Shown: piece by piece, positions 1 through 10,584 of the stretch | How positions within the stretch are numbered: the stretch's first letter is position 1 | Layout: every line of letters starts with the position of its first letter | Assembly (NCBI GenBank): GCA_951813565.1 | Contig: OX638351.1 | Coordinates: forward strand, 1,952,001 to 2,016,000 | Direction: 5' to 3' | Origin: an uncultured Poribacteria bacterium | Lineage (GTDB): Bacteria > Poribacteria > WGA-4E > WGA-3G | DNA: 64,000 nt | Translations under genes and position numbers: made by a program | The notes under the pieces: model-generated | What the model was told of the DNA's origin: nothing | The model's input: only the letters and a program-made list of their open reading frames with translations | Databases searched by the model: none

Positions 1-80
1 ATTTGACACCTGTGGAATTTGAGCAAAAAAACTTGTCTTAACTTTGCTAAATTTTGGTCTGAATAAACGGTAGCACTTCA
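1..80 (+). mobile_element. Right end of an IS3-family-like element (transposase C-terminus and IRR)
   Basis: 3-41 reads LTPVEFEQKNLS*, resembling IS3-family OrfB ends (GYxTPxEFE). About 40 bp follow, ending in CA at 80, the IS3 terminal dinucleotide. Rest is outside the window. Confidence 0.55.
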
Positions 81-204
81 TTAATTTATACACCTTAAGT
101 GTCTAAATGTTCCCATATCTTAAACATTTAGACATTTTTATTAGCTTTTTTGTTCATTTTTAAGATATCCTCTGGCAATTCATTCTTCTCAATTATCTTA
201 TTGT

Positions 205-591
205 AACGACTTGTGCCAGTTAACATTTTGTTTTGTTGGTTTTCACATATATTTGCATTTGTGCTATAAACATATCGTCCCTACCAAATCAACGCCAAAT
301 GCGCCAAATCAAGAAATCAACGGTATGAATCATGGCGAATGCCAAAAGCGCATTCGTCTTTAGTCATTCACCGGGTCCGAATGCCTTTTGGCATTCCCCG
401 TCCGGCATTTGTCGGGACTAAAGAGTGCTCGTCCAATCATTTTCTATAAACATATCGTCCCTACCAAATCAACGTCAAATGCGCTTATGGCATTTGTCGG
501 GACTGAAGAACATATAAATATATGATAATGACTTACAAACATTTCTTTTGTGAAATAAAGTTCTACAAATGGTTATTTAGCACAACTCGTT
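205..591. mobile_element. MITE-like element (AACGACTTGTGCCAGTTAA family) carrying REP cargo
   Basis: Left end AACGACTTGTGCCAGTTAA, imperfect inverted right end TTTAGCACAACTCGTT. Same left end at 15816. Confidence 0.5.
285..413 (+). repeat. Nested CAAATCAACG hairpin mini-elements inside a GTCCCTAC|GGGAC REP
   Basis: Outer copy = 285-304 + 400-413 (34 bp) with further copies inside. A single 34-bp copy sits at the same position of the neighbouring REP (465-498). Confidence 0.8.
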
Positions 592-903
592 ATTGTAGGA
601 GCGAGCTCCAGCTCTCGACCTTTCATCTAAAACGTGTAATAAACCGACAATTGAATGTCTCTACTACACATCCAGAGGCATTCAATTGTCGAGTTTTCTA
701 ATCCAATAGAAAAAATAGCGTTTTCAAAGGTTAAAAGAGGCTACGAATGCCATACGTGCATTTGGCGTTGATTTGGCAATGAATTGCGCTTGGTGAATGT
801 GCGTCCGACATTTACATTAAACGCTTTTGTTGTTAAATCGGGGTTACAAACCCCTCCTACAAGAGTGTTACGTGACAATTGAATGTCTCTGCTCACATAT
901 CCG

Positions 904-999
904 GGGTGTGTGTAAAGTTTTGTAGAAATCCGCCCTACAGTGGAAAACGCCGCGTAATCATTGCAAATTGAACCTATGTAACCAAATATTTACACACCC
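904..999. mobile_element. MITE with GGGTGTGT..AAAG / TTTACACACCC ends (derivative of the IS at 51779-53504)
   Basis: Terminal inverted repeats, near-perfect 9-bp flanking duplication ACATATCCG/ACACATCCG. First ~58 bp nearly identical to 53513-53570. Confidence 0.65.
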
Positions 1000-1077
1000 A
1001 CACATCCGCTTCCACTTGACAAGAACTATAACATCGGGTAAAGTGTTGACATCGCCTTAGCTATAAGGAACACCTCT

Positions 1078-2466
1078 ATGCGCCGCTACAGCATTCAAAC
1101 CAAAATTGTCCTCCCATTTTTGCTGCTTTTCGTTCTTGTTTCTATTCTTGTGCCGTTAATAACAGTTGAACTTTTCGTGTGGAAATATAGCGAACAGTTT
1201 ACCCGTGAGACACAAGAATGGCTTAACGTAATTATACATACCGGCTACTTCCGCGATAACGAAAAGGTAAAACAGACTTATAGTGTAGAGATTATGATTT
1301 TTGGGTCTGATTACACACTCAATTCTACCACCCTAACAGAACTCCCCGATACCGAGCAAACCGCGGTGAATCTCGCAAAGAAGCTGCAGCTCGACAAGGT
1401 CAAGCAAACATTCCAAGCAGCAGATGCTTCATCTTTCACGCAAGATGTTACGCTTGGTGGTAAGCATTATAAGGTGTTTTACCGTTTAGTGCATCCCGGA
1501 CGGTTTTACTGCGTGTTACGTCCGATGGAGGAAATTGTAGACGCAAAACGCACCCTTACATGGTCTATGTTTGGCATTGCAGCCTTTGTTACTGTCCTTG
1601 TTGCCTTCATCAGTCATCGTATTGGCAAAAACTTATCAGAACCGATAAAAGATTTAGTCGGTTTTACTGAACAGGTTGCCGAGGGAAATCTTGATGAGCA
1701 ATGTGAAGTTAAGACTCATGATGAAATAGGTGACTTAACACTTGCGTTCAATCAAATGACGCAAGAACTCAAGCAGTCAAGAGATAAACTGATTCAAGCT
1801 GAACGTTTGGCAACAGCAGGGAAAATGTCCGCTTCATTTGCGCATGAAATACGGAATCCGTTATCATCTATGCGGATGTTATCGCAGATGTTAATGCAAA
1901 AACCGGAGACGTCAGATGAACAAAAGCAATCGCTGCAATATATTCTTGAGGAAATCGAACGGATTGACAACATCGTCAAAGGTTTGATGGATTTCGCCCG
2001 TCCCACAACACTTAACCTTGAACAACAAGCGTTAGTGCCTGCCTTACAATCCGTTTTAGCTTTGATGGAAGCGAACTTAACACATCATCAGATTCAGTTA
2101 GTATCGGAACTTGTTCCCAATCTCCCCGATTTTCAGTTTGATTCAGATAAAATTAAACAAGCATTTATGAATGTTGTGTTAAATGCGATGGAAGCGATGT
2201 CACAAGGTGGCACATTAACTGTGACTACGTTCAAACAGGAAGATGCCGTATGTATCAAAGTTACAGATACAGGAATCGGTATATCTGCAGAAGATATTGA
2301 ACATCTATTTGAACCGTTCTTTACTCGGAAAGAAAAAGGCACAGGACTTGGATTGGCAAATGTGAAACGTATTCTTGAAGAACATAGCGGCACGTTGGAA
2401 ATTGAGAGTACACTCAACGAAGGCACCACGGTTTCGTTGTGGTTACCGCTGAAATTTCAGGATTGA
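1078..2466 (+). CDS. Membrane sensor histidine kinase (HAMP-HisKA-HATPase, NtrY/AtoS-like)
   Basis: Two TM segments, HAMP (DEIGDL), H-box FAHEIRNPL, N-box NVVLNA, G-boxes DTGIGI, FEPFFT, GTGLGL. Confidence 0.92.
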   Translation: MRRYSIQTKIVLPFLLLFVLVSILVPLITVELFVWKYSEQFTRETQEWLNVIIHTGYFRDNEKVKQTYSVEIMIFGSDYTLNSTTLTELPDTEQTAVNLAKKLQLDKVKQTFQAADASSFTQDVTLGGKHYKVFYRLVHPGRFYCVLRPMEEIVDAKRTLTWSMFGIAAFVTVLVAFISHRIGKNLSEPIKDLVGFTEQVAEGNLDEQCEVKTHDEIGDLTLAFNQMTQELKQSRDKLIQAERLATAGKMSASFAHEIRNPLSSMRMLSQMLMQKPETSDEQKQSLQYILEEIERIDNIVKGLMDFARPTTLNLEQQALVPALQSVLALMEANLTHHQIQLVSELVPNLPDFQFDSDKIKQAFMNVVLNAMEAMSQGGTLTVTTFKQEDAVCIKVTDTGIGISAEDIEHLFEPFFTRKEKGTGLGLANVKRILEEHSGTLEIESTLNEGTTVSLWLPLKFQD

Positions 2467-2671
2467 GTGACATAAAATATTAATTGAATAAAAACAACTT
2501 ATTGCATATCATTACTTTTGCCAATTAAGAAATTTGGGGCATCTACATCCCGAAGCTAAAGCATCTGGTTTTGATGCCCATTACTGATAACATCTTCGGC
2601 AGAGCAATTGTCGCTTTAGATTGACTTTAGTTATCCTTATTTTTACAAATGTTAAACATGGTTTGCATTTT

Positions 2672-3074
2672 ATGGAGATATATGTTAAAATAAGAATATA
2701 TGATGAAAAGTTAACGCGTTTCATTTCTTCTAAAAGTGGTTTTTCCATTGCTAAAAAAGAGGTTAGTTATAGAGCATTTATTCCACCGAGTAAGAATCCA
2801 CAAGAACTTTCTGTATATCGTATCTCTACGCTGACAGAAATTGAAATTTGGGAAATTGGAAGAAAATATGTACTAAGGAAGAAATGAAATAAAAGCAAGG
2901 GCAGACTTTTTGACTGAGATTGTTTATGAGAATAACCTTATAGTAATTGCAGATACGCAAGTTCATGAACTACATGCGAATATCATGCCTCTCCCAATAG
3001 ATAAGGTAGATCGGGATGATATCTTAAGAGAACTTGCCCTTGCCAGCGAATTAGTCCCAATACCAACAAAATAA
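2672..3074 (+). pseudogene. Frameshifted hypothetical gene
   Basis: ATG 2672 frame stops at 2887. A second frame continues IKARADFL...HANIMP...LALASELVPIPTK* to 3074. Total 403 nt, so one indel near AGGAAGAAATGAAAT (~2877-2890). Confidence 0.55.
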
Positions 3075-3116
3075 AACTTCGCAGTAATATGCGGCAATAA
3101 CAAGGACGGACTGATA

Positions 3117-5789
3117 GTGATAAGAACAGAAACACCGCGCCCAGAATATCCGAGACCCGATTTCCAACGCGGCACCTCCGAAGGTATTGACTGGATAAAC
3201 CTTAACGGCACATGGGAATTTGCGTTTGACTCAGATGATGTCGGTGAAAAAGAGGAATGGTTTTCACTGAACGCGCCCGACTTCCCTTTGCAAATACAGG
3301 TGCCTTACCCTTGGGAAAGCCTTGCTGCTTGGAGAGAAGAAGACCGTGCTGATAGTGCAACCTACCTCAGCACAAATGCCTATCTTAAACCAGAAGATGT
3401 TACATGTGGAGGACTAAACCGAGAAGGGAATTATCGTGGCGAACCACGACATACAATCGGTTGGTACCGCAGAACTGTCTCTGTCCCAGAAAACTGGGGA
3501 GATAACCGCGTTATTTTGAAATTCTGTGCCGTTGACTGGAAAACAACAGTTTGGGTGAACGGCAAAGTCATCGGTGAAAATGAAGGCGGATACCTGCCCT
3601 TTGAGCTTGACATCACAGATGCGTTGACCCCGGGTAAACCTGCTACCATCGTTGTCCGTGCGTATGATGCACAAGACCACGGCGAACAACTTGCGGGGAA
3701 ACAGATAGGATGGTATACACGCACCAGCGGTATCTGGCAGACAGTCTACCTTGAACCCAGAAACGCAACCTATATCAAGCAGTGCCATATCACGCCCGAC
3801 ATTGACAATAGTACCGCCACTTTCGACGTAACAATTGATGGCGAAATAACGTCAGGCATAGAAATTCACTGGGAATGTGAAGATATGAATGGAAGCGTGG
3901 ATGCGTCAGAAAAGACACAGTTCACCGTCAATATTCCACCAGAAAAACTTCGACTTTGGGACGTAGATACGCCAAATCTTTACAACGTCACACTCAAATT
4001 GGTATCTGAGGAATCTGTTATTGACAGGATTTACACCTATTTCGGCATGCGGAAGGTCTCCATTGAAAAAGCACCCGGAGGCGACTATAATTATATCTAC
4101 CTCAACAATCGCCCCATATATCTGTTAGGCGCGCTAAATCAGTCATTCAATCCAGAAGGAGTGTATACCTTCCTCACCGATGAAGCAATCCGAACCGATG
4201 TTGAACGTTCTAAAGAGTTTGGATTCAACTTCCTTCGCCTGCATATAAAAGTTGACGAACCGCGCCTCTACTACTGGGCAGACAAGTTAGGGTTGCTCTT
4301 TATGTGCGATATTCCTAACTTCGGCAACTATACCGATTTAGCGAAAGACAGATTTGAAGAAACACTCCGCGGGAACATTGCACGCGATTTCAATCATCCG
4401 TCCATCATTTCATGGTGTAACTTCAACGAAACATGGGGACTCGGTGGGGGAGACTATAAACAACAAACTGACCGTCAAGAATGGGTGCGCGAGATGTATC
4501 ACCTTGCCAAATCACTTGACCCCACTCGTCTCATTGAGGACAACTCACCATGCCTATATGACCATGTGGAAACTGACATCAACTCTTGGCATTTCTATAT
4601 AAACGATTATAAACACGCTAAGGACCATATCGCAAACGTTGTGGAACAGACATATCCCGGCTCAAAGTTTAATTATGCTGGTGATAACGAACAAACGGAT
4701 GTGCCGCTGATTAATAGCGAATACGGCGGCATCAGTGCGGGAGCTGGTGATAAAGATATTGCTTGGTGTTTTAAATATCTAACAAATGAGTTGCGCCTCC
4801 ATCCGAAAATTTGTGGATATGTATACACCGAACTGCAGGACATTGAGTGGGAACATAACGGTTTTATGAACTACGACCGCTCGGTAAAGGAATTCGGATA
4901 CGATTACAACGACATCAACACGCTTGATTTTATTGCAATTGACTATCCACCCGGTACCGTAGTTACTCCTGGTGAAAACATAAAGTTAGACATATATGCC
5001 AGTCACTTCTCACATAAGACGATAAATGCTACAACGCTCCATTGGCAACTGGATACGCTTGAGCAAAACGGCGAACTGACGCATGGACGTATAAGCAGAA
5101 GTGTTGAAATCCCCTTTCCACAATATCAAGTAGAACAGGTGTATCAACTGGAATTTACCATTCCAGATATTAATGCCGCAGTTGGCACATTACATGTATG
5201 GGTATCCGATGAGACAGGCGCGGTTGTAGCACGCAATTACATCAATTTCGAGATATTCTTGGAAGATACCTCAGGACTCACTTCACTTTCCCATCTTCCA
5301 GGAGACATAGCCGCCAGCAAATGGGATTCGGCATCCGAAGTAACAGAACAACGCCTCACTGCACAAGGTGCTGGATACGTTGAATATCAGATAGCACTTC
5401 CAAACGATCTCAACCCTGACGAGATTACAAAGATGGAACTTGTTTTTGAGGCATCTTCGTCAAACGGTGGCTCACGGCAGACAGAACCAGAGAAATATCC
5501 ATCGGATGTTACGATCTCTGTAAACGGGACTGAGGTTGAAACTTTGACACTCCCCGATTGTCCAGCAGATGCCCGTGGCGTGCTCACCTACATCCACGAA
5601 AACCTTGGCAACTACGGCTATCTGTGTCGTGTCCAATTAAATAAAGAAACGTGCTTAAACGGAGACTCTACAGAGACGCTCACCGTGCGTTATGAAGTCA
5701 AAGGCAATGCCGAAAACAAGGGTGGACTTACGCTTTACGGCAATCGCCGCGGTAGGTATCCGACAGCACCACATATTCGCATATCATAA
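3117..5789 (+). CDS. Glycoside hydrolase family 2
   Basis: PRPEYPRP, NLGTW-like INLNGTWEF, SGIWQTVYL, NHPSIISWCNFNE (acid/base), INSEYGG (nucleophile). Confidence 0.9.
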   Translation: MIRTETPRPEYPRPDFQRGTSEGIDWINLNGTWEFAFDSDDVGEKEEWFSLNAPDFPLQIQVPYPWESLAAWREEDRADSATYLSTNAYLKPEDVTCGGLNREGNYRGEPRHTIGWYRRTVSVPENWGDNRVILKFCAVDWKTTVWVNGKVIGENEGGYLPFELDITDALTPGKPATIVVRAYDAQDHGEQLAGKQIGWYTRTSGIWQTVYLEPRNATYIKQCHITPDIDNSTATFDVTIDGEITSGIEIHWECEDMNGSVDASEKTQFTVNIPPEKLRLWDVDTPNLYNVTLKLVSEESVIDRIYTYFGMRKVSIEKAPGGDYNYIYLNNRPIYLLGALNQSFNPEGVYTFLTDEAIRTDVERSKEFGFNFLRLHIKVDEPRLYYWADKLGLLFMCDIPNFGNYTDLAKDRFEETLRGNIARDFNHPSIISWCNFNETWGLGGGDYKQQTDRQEWVREMYHLAKSLDPTRLIEDNSPCLYDHVETDINSWHFYINDYKHAKDHIANVVEQTYPGSKFNYAGDNEQTDVPLINSEYGGISAGAGDKDIAWCFKYLTNELRLHPKICGYVYTELQDIEWEHNGFMNYDRSVKEFGYDYNDINTLDFIAIDYPPGTVVTPGENIKLDIYASHFSHKTINATTLHWQLDTLEQNGELTHGRISRSVEIPFPQYQVEQVYQLEFTIPDINAAVGTLHVWVSDETGAVVARNYINFEIFLEDTSGLTSLSHLPGDIAASKWDSASEVTEQRLTAQGAGYVEYQIALPNDLNPDEITKMELVFEASSSNGGSRQTEPEKYPSDVTISVNGTEVETLTLPDCPADARGVLTYIHENLGNYGYLCRVQLNKETCLNGDSTETLTVRYEVKGNAENKGGLTLYGNRRGRYPTAPHIRIS

Positions 5790-5805
5790 TAGGAGGAATC
5801 GTTGA

Positions 5806-6885
5806 ATGGCAACACATCAATTTTTATTTACGCGTTCACCCGGTTTAGAAGGTTCATGGCCCTTCGTACACGAACAGATGGTAAAACGACTTGAAGAATT
5901 AGGCGTCACACTTGTTCTGAATACGACCAGCAAAGACCCTCTCCATCAACAAGTGGACTTGAGCGAAGTTATTGGAATCTCACATTGGGGTGGTAGTCTC
6001 ACTGAGGCTTGTATAGACAACGCACCTAAACTCAAAGTGCTCGGCACAATGACAGACAACACGGGGCATGGTATCCCGTACGCGAAACTTCAAGATCGCG
6101 GTATTCCGGTGATTGAATCTACTCGCGCATGGGCACAATCAGTAGCGGAATGTGCTTTTGGGCTCGCTTTATCCTCACTGAGGCGAACCGCACAGTGGCA
6201 CATGCAGATGGCACAAGGCGAGAAATTGTGGAATTGGAGCGACCCAATATGGGGACCGAACAAACTCCCCGTCGCACACCAATTCTGTGATGACCCCGAC
6301 TTTGTTAACGGCGATCTCGGCACAAAACAGATCGGTGTGATAGGACTTGGGCAGATTGGCAGGAAAATCGCGCAGTGGTGTCGTGCCTTTGGTGCAACCG
6401 TTATAGGCTTTGACCCATTCGTTCCTGATGAACTCCTACAAGAATGGGACGTAGAACGCGTTGATATGGACACACTCGCTGATAGGGCAGAGATTGTCTT
6501 TGTTTCTGTTCCACCGACTCCATCCGCACGACACCTACTGAACCGTGAACGTATCTATCATCTGCACAAAGGCGCATTGGTTGTCATTATCACCCGCGCG
6601 CACGCTGTTGATATGGCTGCCCTGCGCGAACGGATTGTCAAAGACGAACTCGCTGGCGCGTTTGATGTTTACGACAGAGAACCCGTACCTATTGATGATG
6701 AACTGCGGAATAGGGATAATGTCGTGCATACACCGCACATCGCTGGCAGAACAAAAGATGCTAATCTTCGCGTTGCAGATATGATTGTGGACGATTTTGA
6801 ACGGGTGCTTAAAGGGGAAAAGCCCCTCGGTGCATTGACACCAGAGGCGATTAAGGTAAGAACGTCTGATAATCCTTATGAGTGA
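5806..6885 (+). CDS. D-2-hydroxyacid dehydrogenase family oxidoreductase
   Basis: GVIGLGQIG Rossmann motif, DVYDREP, TPHIAG. RBS AGGAGG. Confidence 0.88.
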   Translation: MATHQFLFTRSPGLEGSWPFVHEQMVKRLEELGVTLVLNTTSKDPLHQQVDLSEVIGISHWGGSLTEACIDNAPKLKVLGTMTDNTGHGIPYAKLQDRGIPVIESTRAWAQSVAECAFGLALSSLRRTAQWHMQMAQGEKLWNWSDPIWGPNKLPVAHQFCDDPDFVNGDLGTKQIGVIGLGQIGRKIAQWCRAFGATVIGFDPFVPDELLQEWDVERVDMDTLADRAEIVFVSVPPTPSARHLLNRERIYHLHKGALVVIITRAHAVDMAALRERIVKDELAGAFDVYDREPVPIDDELRNRDNVVHTPHIAGRTKDANLRVADMIVDDFERVLKGEKPLGALTPEAIKVRTSDNPYE

Positions 6886-6972
6886 GTTTCATTTTTCAGA
6901 AATGGTATTATGTGGATACCCACAATCCTGAAAACCTCATTTCAGACAACATATATCGCAACCAAATTCTGA

Positions 6973-7001
6973 TTGACATTCAATTTCAGACATGGTACTA
7001 T
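6973..7001 (+). promoter_or_regulatory. Sigma70-type promoter
   Basis: TTGACA-17 bp-TACTAT with extended -10 TG, upstream of ATG 7062. Confidence 0.6.
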
Positions 7002-7061
7002 TTTCTTGCAAAGGTCCAAAGCAGAACAGACAGGAACACAACATTCTTGAGGATTGATCAG

Positions 7062-7664
7062 ATGGCATTTACCGATTTCAATTCAATTGCACAAGTGCAG
7101 GAAGCCTTCAAAATTAAATATACCGAAGACGAGTATATTCAATACGTGGATATTGAACCTTCTCAAGCATTTTTGGAAGAGTTTGAATTCAGCCAGCGCC
7201 ACATCAATGTGTTTTCATCAGAAGCATCCCGCTGCGAAAATGTGATTTACCCAGTTCTTAGGGACGTATACAAAAACTATGTGAAATGGTTTGCATTGTG
7301 GAGTCATGAATTGATTTCTTACGATGAGGATCTTAGCGGCACACCTGACTATCTGATCTCAACAAAATCAGGGTTGGGGAAAACAGTGCCAGGGACTCCT
7401 ATCATTATCGTTGCAGAAGCAAAACGGAACGACTTTATCAAGGGATGGGGTCAGTGTTTAGCAGAGTTGGTCGCCGTTCAAAAAATCAACGATGACGATA
7501 AAAAGACGGTTTACGGAATTGTAACGGATGGCGAATTTTGGCAATTCGGGAAATTAGACGGAAATCAATTTACGCGCAACGAAACTGCCCTTACAATAAG
7601 TGAACTCAAAAAGGTGTTTGGCGCAATTGGATATCTCATGGATGTGAGTTTACCCGAAAATTGA
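7062..7664 (+). CDS. PD-(D/E)XK-like hypothetical protein (HsdR N-terminal-like)
   Basis: GTPDYL..IVAEAK..GWGQCLAEL..YGIVTDGEFWQF. Start moved to ATG 7062 (promoter and GAGG upstream). Confidence 0.65.
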   Translation: MAFTDFNSIAQVQEAFKIKYTEDEYIQYVDIEPSQAFLEEFEFSQRHINVFSSEASRCENVIYPVLRDVYKNYVKWFALWSHELISYDEDLSGTPDYLISTKSGLGKTVPGTPIIIVAEAKRNDFIKGWGQCLAELVAVQKINDDDKKTVYGIVTDGEFWQFGKLDGNQFTRNETALTISELKKVFGAIGYLMDVSLPEN

Positions 7665-7741
7665 TTGTTGGTAGGTTAGATAGGCACGTTTGTCGCCTAT
7701 CTCGTGTAGAATTTCAAGGTTGTTGCCAAAGTAGAGTTTAT

Positions 7742-7972
7742 TCATTGATATGTCTCTAAACTATAATATGTCTCTCCTGCTTCAAGGGCATCTCGGATGT
7801 CCGCAAAGAGATTATAGGCATCTTCAAATTCGGCAAATTCGGCAATGATTCGTTGTTCACCATTCGGATCTGTTAAGACGAGTTTACCTTCGCCAGGGTC
7901 TTTCCCTTCTACACTCAAATTCTTGTACTGATTGAAGTTTATGATTTCCAAGTCGTCAGTCACAATGAACAT
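7742..7972 (-). CDS. Small acidic hypothetical protein
   Basis: 76-aa ORF with AAGGAG RBS. Confidence 0.65.
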   Translation of the reverse strand: MFIVTDDLEIINFNQYKNLSVEGKDPGEGKLVLTDPNGEQRIIAEFAEFEDAYNLFADIRDALEAGETYYSLETYQ

Positions 7973-8051
7973 AATTATACTCCTTTATAGTTCTCTCTGA
8001 TGTCCGGTAGCCACAGAAATCTACCTTTATGTGTGAATACAAGATAGTTTA

Positions 8052-8705
8052 CTACAAATTCTCAAAAATGCATTCGTACACCCTTTCAACTTCACTGGGA
8101 GAAGTAATGAACCACTCTTTTCCGGGTGCGTCATCCATTTGCTTGCCTCGAAGTTTTAAAATATTCTGTATTGTCTTTTCCATCAAATTTAACTGATCCG
8201 TTTTAATAATGAGGCCTACCTCAGGGAATTCTGGAAGTGCTGTGCGCGTTTGTGATACAATTCTGTTGACAGGATCGTTTCTGGACTTGCCAATTTTGCA
8301 TGCCCAAATCTCTTTTCCCTGCAACTCTGCTAAACGCTGGTAAGCTGGATAATAGTATAGGTAAACTGCTTGCTTACCGGATCCAATAATTTTTTCAGGA
8401 TCTAAATCGTCCTGTTCAGCATCCACGCTTTCGTCGTCCTGAGAACTTGTGGGAATCACCCAATTATCTCCACTTGAACTATCTGCTTGTCCCTCTCGCT
8501 TCATGTGCCATAGTCCCAACGTGACAGGATTATTACGTTGAGCTATTGTTGGTAATCCACCGCGCTCAAGGTGCTTCTCAACTACAACTCTCATGATTTC
8601 TTGTTTTTGAACTGTTTGCCCTGCAAATAGTTCTTGAATAAGTTCTCGCGCTATGTTCGGTGTGAGAGTCTTCTCAAAATATTTATACTGGTCATTCATA
8701 GACAT
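8052..8705 (-). CDS. GIY-YIG / T5orf172-like domain protein
   Basis: VYLYY..CKIGKS..RI..E..GKEWF motif set. RBS AAGGA. Confidence 0.65.
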   Translation of the reverse strand: MSMNDQYKYFEKTLTPNIARELIQELFAGQTVQKQEIMRVVVEKHLERGGLPTIAQRNNPVTLGLWHMKREGQADSSSGDNWVIPTSSQDDESVDAEQDDLDPEKIIGSGKQAVYLYYYPAYQRLAELQGKEIWACKIGKSRNDPVNRIVSQTRTALPEFPEVGLIIKTDQLNLMEKTIQNILKLRGKQMDDAPGKEWFITSPSEVERVYECIFENL

Positions 8706-8745
8706 GTTTCCTTCTTATTTCCAAGATTACCACTAAAGCATACAC

Positions 8746-9981
8746 CTACTCATACGGCGCAAGCACATCCGCCACCGAACGCGTCCCAGAAAACCATCCA
8801 ACAATCTTCCGTAACACCTCATCAAGCAGAATATCCGGACAAGACGCCCCTGCAGTCAAAACAATATCAATCGGACTACCATCAGGATGTTCAGTCGGTA
8901 GCCAATCTTCTGTGATTTGTACCTCTTTTGTCTCAAGTTCCAAATGGCGAATCTGTTTTGGACTGATCAACTCTTCCGCGTCACGTACAAAATAGGTTGG
9001 TAACTTATGTTCACAAAGTTCCACAAGATGGCTTGTGTTGGAGGAATTGTAACCACCCACGACAACTGCGACATCCCCACCTTCAGCAATCAGCGCGAGT
9101 GTCGCATCCTGATTCTCTTTCGTAGCATAGCAGAGCGTATCCTTCGTATCAGCAAAATGTTCTGCAAGATTCTCCGCACCATAACGAACGATAATAGCCT
9201 GCCGCAACAGATCAGCAATGGCTTGCGTTTCTGTAGCAAGCATCGTCGTCTGGTTGACAACACCGATACGTTTGAGATTAATATTCGGATGGAAACCTTC
9301 GGAGTATCGGTCAGCAAACTTTTTAAAGAAAAAGGCTGCATCTGCTTCACCGCGAATCACTCTTGCGAGGTTTTCTGCTTCCGCGAGATCGCGAACGACA
9401 ACAACAGGTGCTTCGGCTTGTGCATGAGAAAATGTAGCGCGCGTCTCCTCATGATACCGCTTACCATGCACAACAACGGTGTAATCTTGCTTGCCAATCT
9501 CTTGGCTCCGCTTCCACACTTTTTCAACGAACGGACACGTAGTGTTGTAGGACGAAAGCGTAACGCCACGAGCGTTGAGTTCCGCTTCAACTTCCAAAGT
9601 TGTGCCAAACGCAGGAACAATGACAACGTCATCAGGTGCTAAGACATCAAACGGCAGCAACGGATTTCCCTCAGTATCAGAGAGAAATTGCACACCGTGA
9701 TGCCTTAAATTTTCATTTACACGAGGATTATGGATAATCTCAGATAATAAAAAAATGCGCTTATCCGGATTCTCTTCAAGGGCGCGATATGCTATTTCAA
9801 CAGCGTTTTCCACACCATAACAGAACCCAAAGTGGCGCGCAATCTTAAAACGGACGGGACCAAAATCTAAAACGGAAGGGGATAGGTCTCGCTTACGGGC
9901 ATCCATATTTCGCCGCGATGCCTTAACAGCAGAAATAATTGGACTTTCATAAAAGCGAGGTAGATTAAAAGTACGAGGCAT
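8746..9981 (-). CDS. ispH: 4-hydroxy-3-methylbut-2-enyl diphosphate reductase
   Basis: GFCYGV, IIHNP, TTCPFV, TLCYATKENQ, GGYNSSNT, TAGASCP. Confidence 0.95.
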   Translation of the reverse strand: MPRTFNLPRFYESPIISAVKASRRNMDARKRDLSPSVLDFGPVRFKIARHFGFCYGVENAVEIAYRALEENPDKRIFLLSEIIHNPRVNENLRHHGVQFLSDTEGNPLLPFDVLAPDDVVIVPAFGTTLEVEAELNARGVTLSSYNTTCPFVEKVWKRSQEIGKQDYTVVVHGKRYHEETRATFSHAQAEAPVVVVRDLAEAENLARVIRGEADAAFFFKKFADRYSEGFHPNINLKRIGVVNQTTMLATETQAIADLLRQAIIVRYGAENLAEHFADTKDTLCYATKENQDATLALIAEGGDVAVVVGGYNSSNTSHLVELCEHKLPTYFVRDAEELISPKQIRHLELETKEVQITEDWLPTEHPDGSPIDIVLTAGASCPDILLDEVLRKIVGWFSGTRSVADVLAPYE

Positions 9982-10005
9982 CTTTGAAATCGTTCCATAG
10001 CAACT

Positions 10006-10140
10006 TTACGCACTGAGGACTCTTCTACCCTTTGCCCTGCGGCGCGCGAGGATTTTTCTTCCATCACGGGTAGACATACGTTTCCGAAATCCCATCTTGT
10101 TCTTTCGTTTCCGCCTATGTGGCTGATACGTGCGCTTCAT
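10006..10140 (-). CDS. rpmH: 50S ribosomal protein L34 (absent from ORF track)
   Basis: Manual translation [44 protein letters not shown]. Divergent from dnaA. Confidence 0.96.
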   Translation of the reverse strand: MKRTYQPHRRKRKNKMGFRKRMSTRDGRKILARRRAKGRRVLSA

Positions 10141-10584
10141 AATGTTTTCCTCTCTATTTCTTATCTTTTAAGTGCCCACGAAATTACGAAATATATTCAT
10201 CTTAAATAAAAAGGATACCCGATTTTTTACAGTTTGTCAAATTTTTCTGTATAATGACAAAGAGGTGGTATCTATTGCACGAAATTGACGTTATAAATAA
10301 TAGCAAGTGTTTTGGCGATTTGCGCTAAAATACGACTTTTACCCGATAAATTGAGAAATTTTGATCGTTATATATTCTATACTTTCATAATTCTAAACGT
10401 CCAAAATTTTCTCATACATAAATGTAATTTTGGGGCAAAATTTCGCCAATTTAGCTTGCTATTTAAATCCCGAAAATGATATAATTCACGTCCGCGTCGT
10501 GGATACTTCTTTGTAGAAATTACATCAACATTTTAATAACATGGCTCCGACAGTTGTCACCCCTAATAGGTTAGGAACATTCTC

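Noticed and set aside
264..505. Repeated CTATAAACATATCGTCCCTAC units as a CRISPR array
   Set aside because: Only two copies, palindromic REP type, and the intervening DNA is itself repeat-derived.
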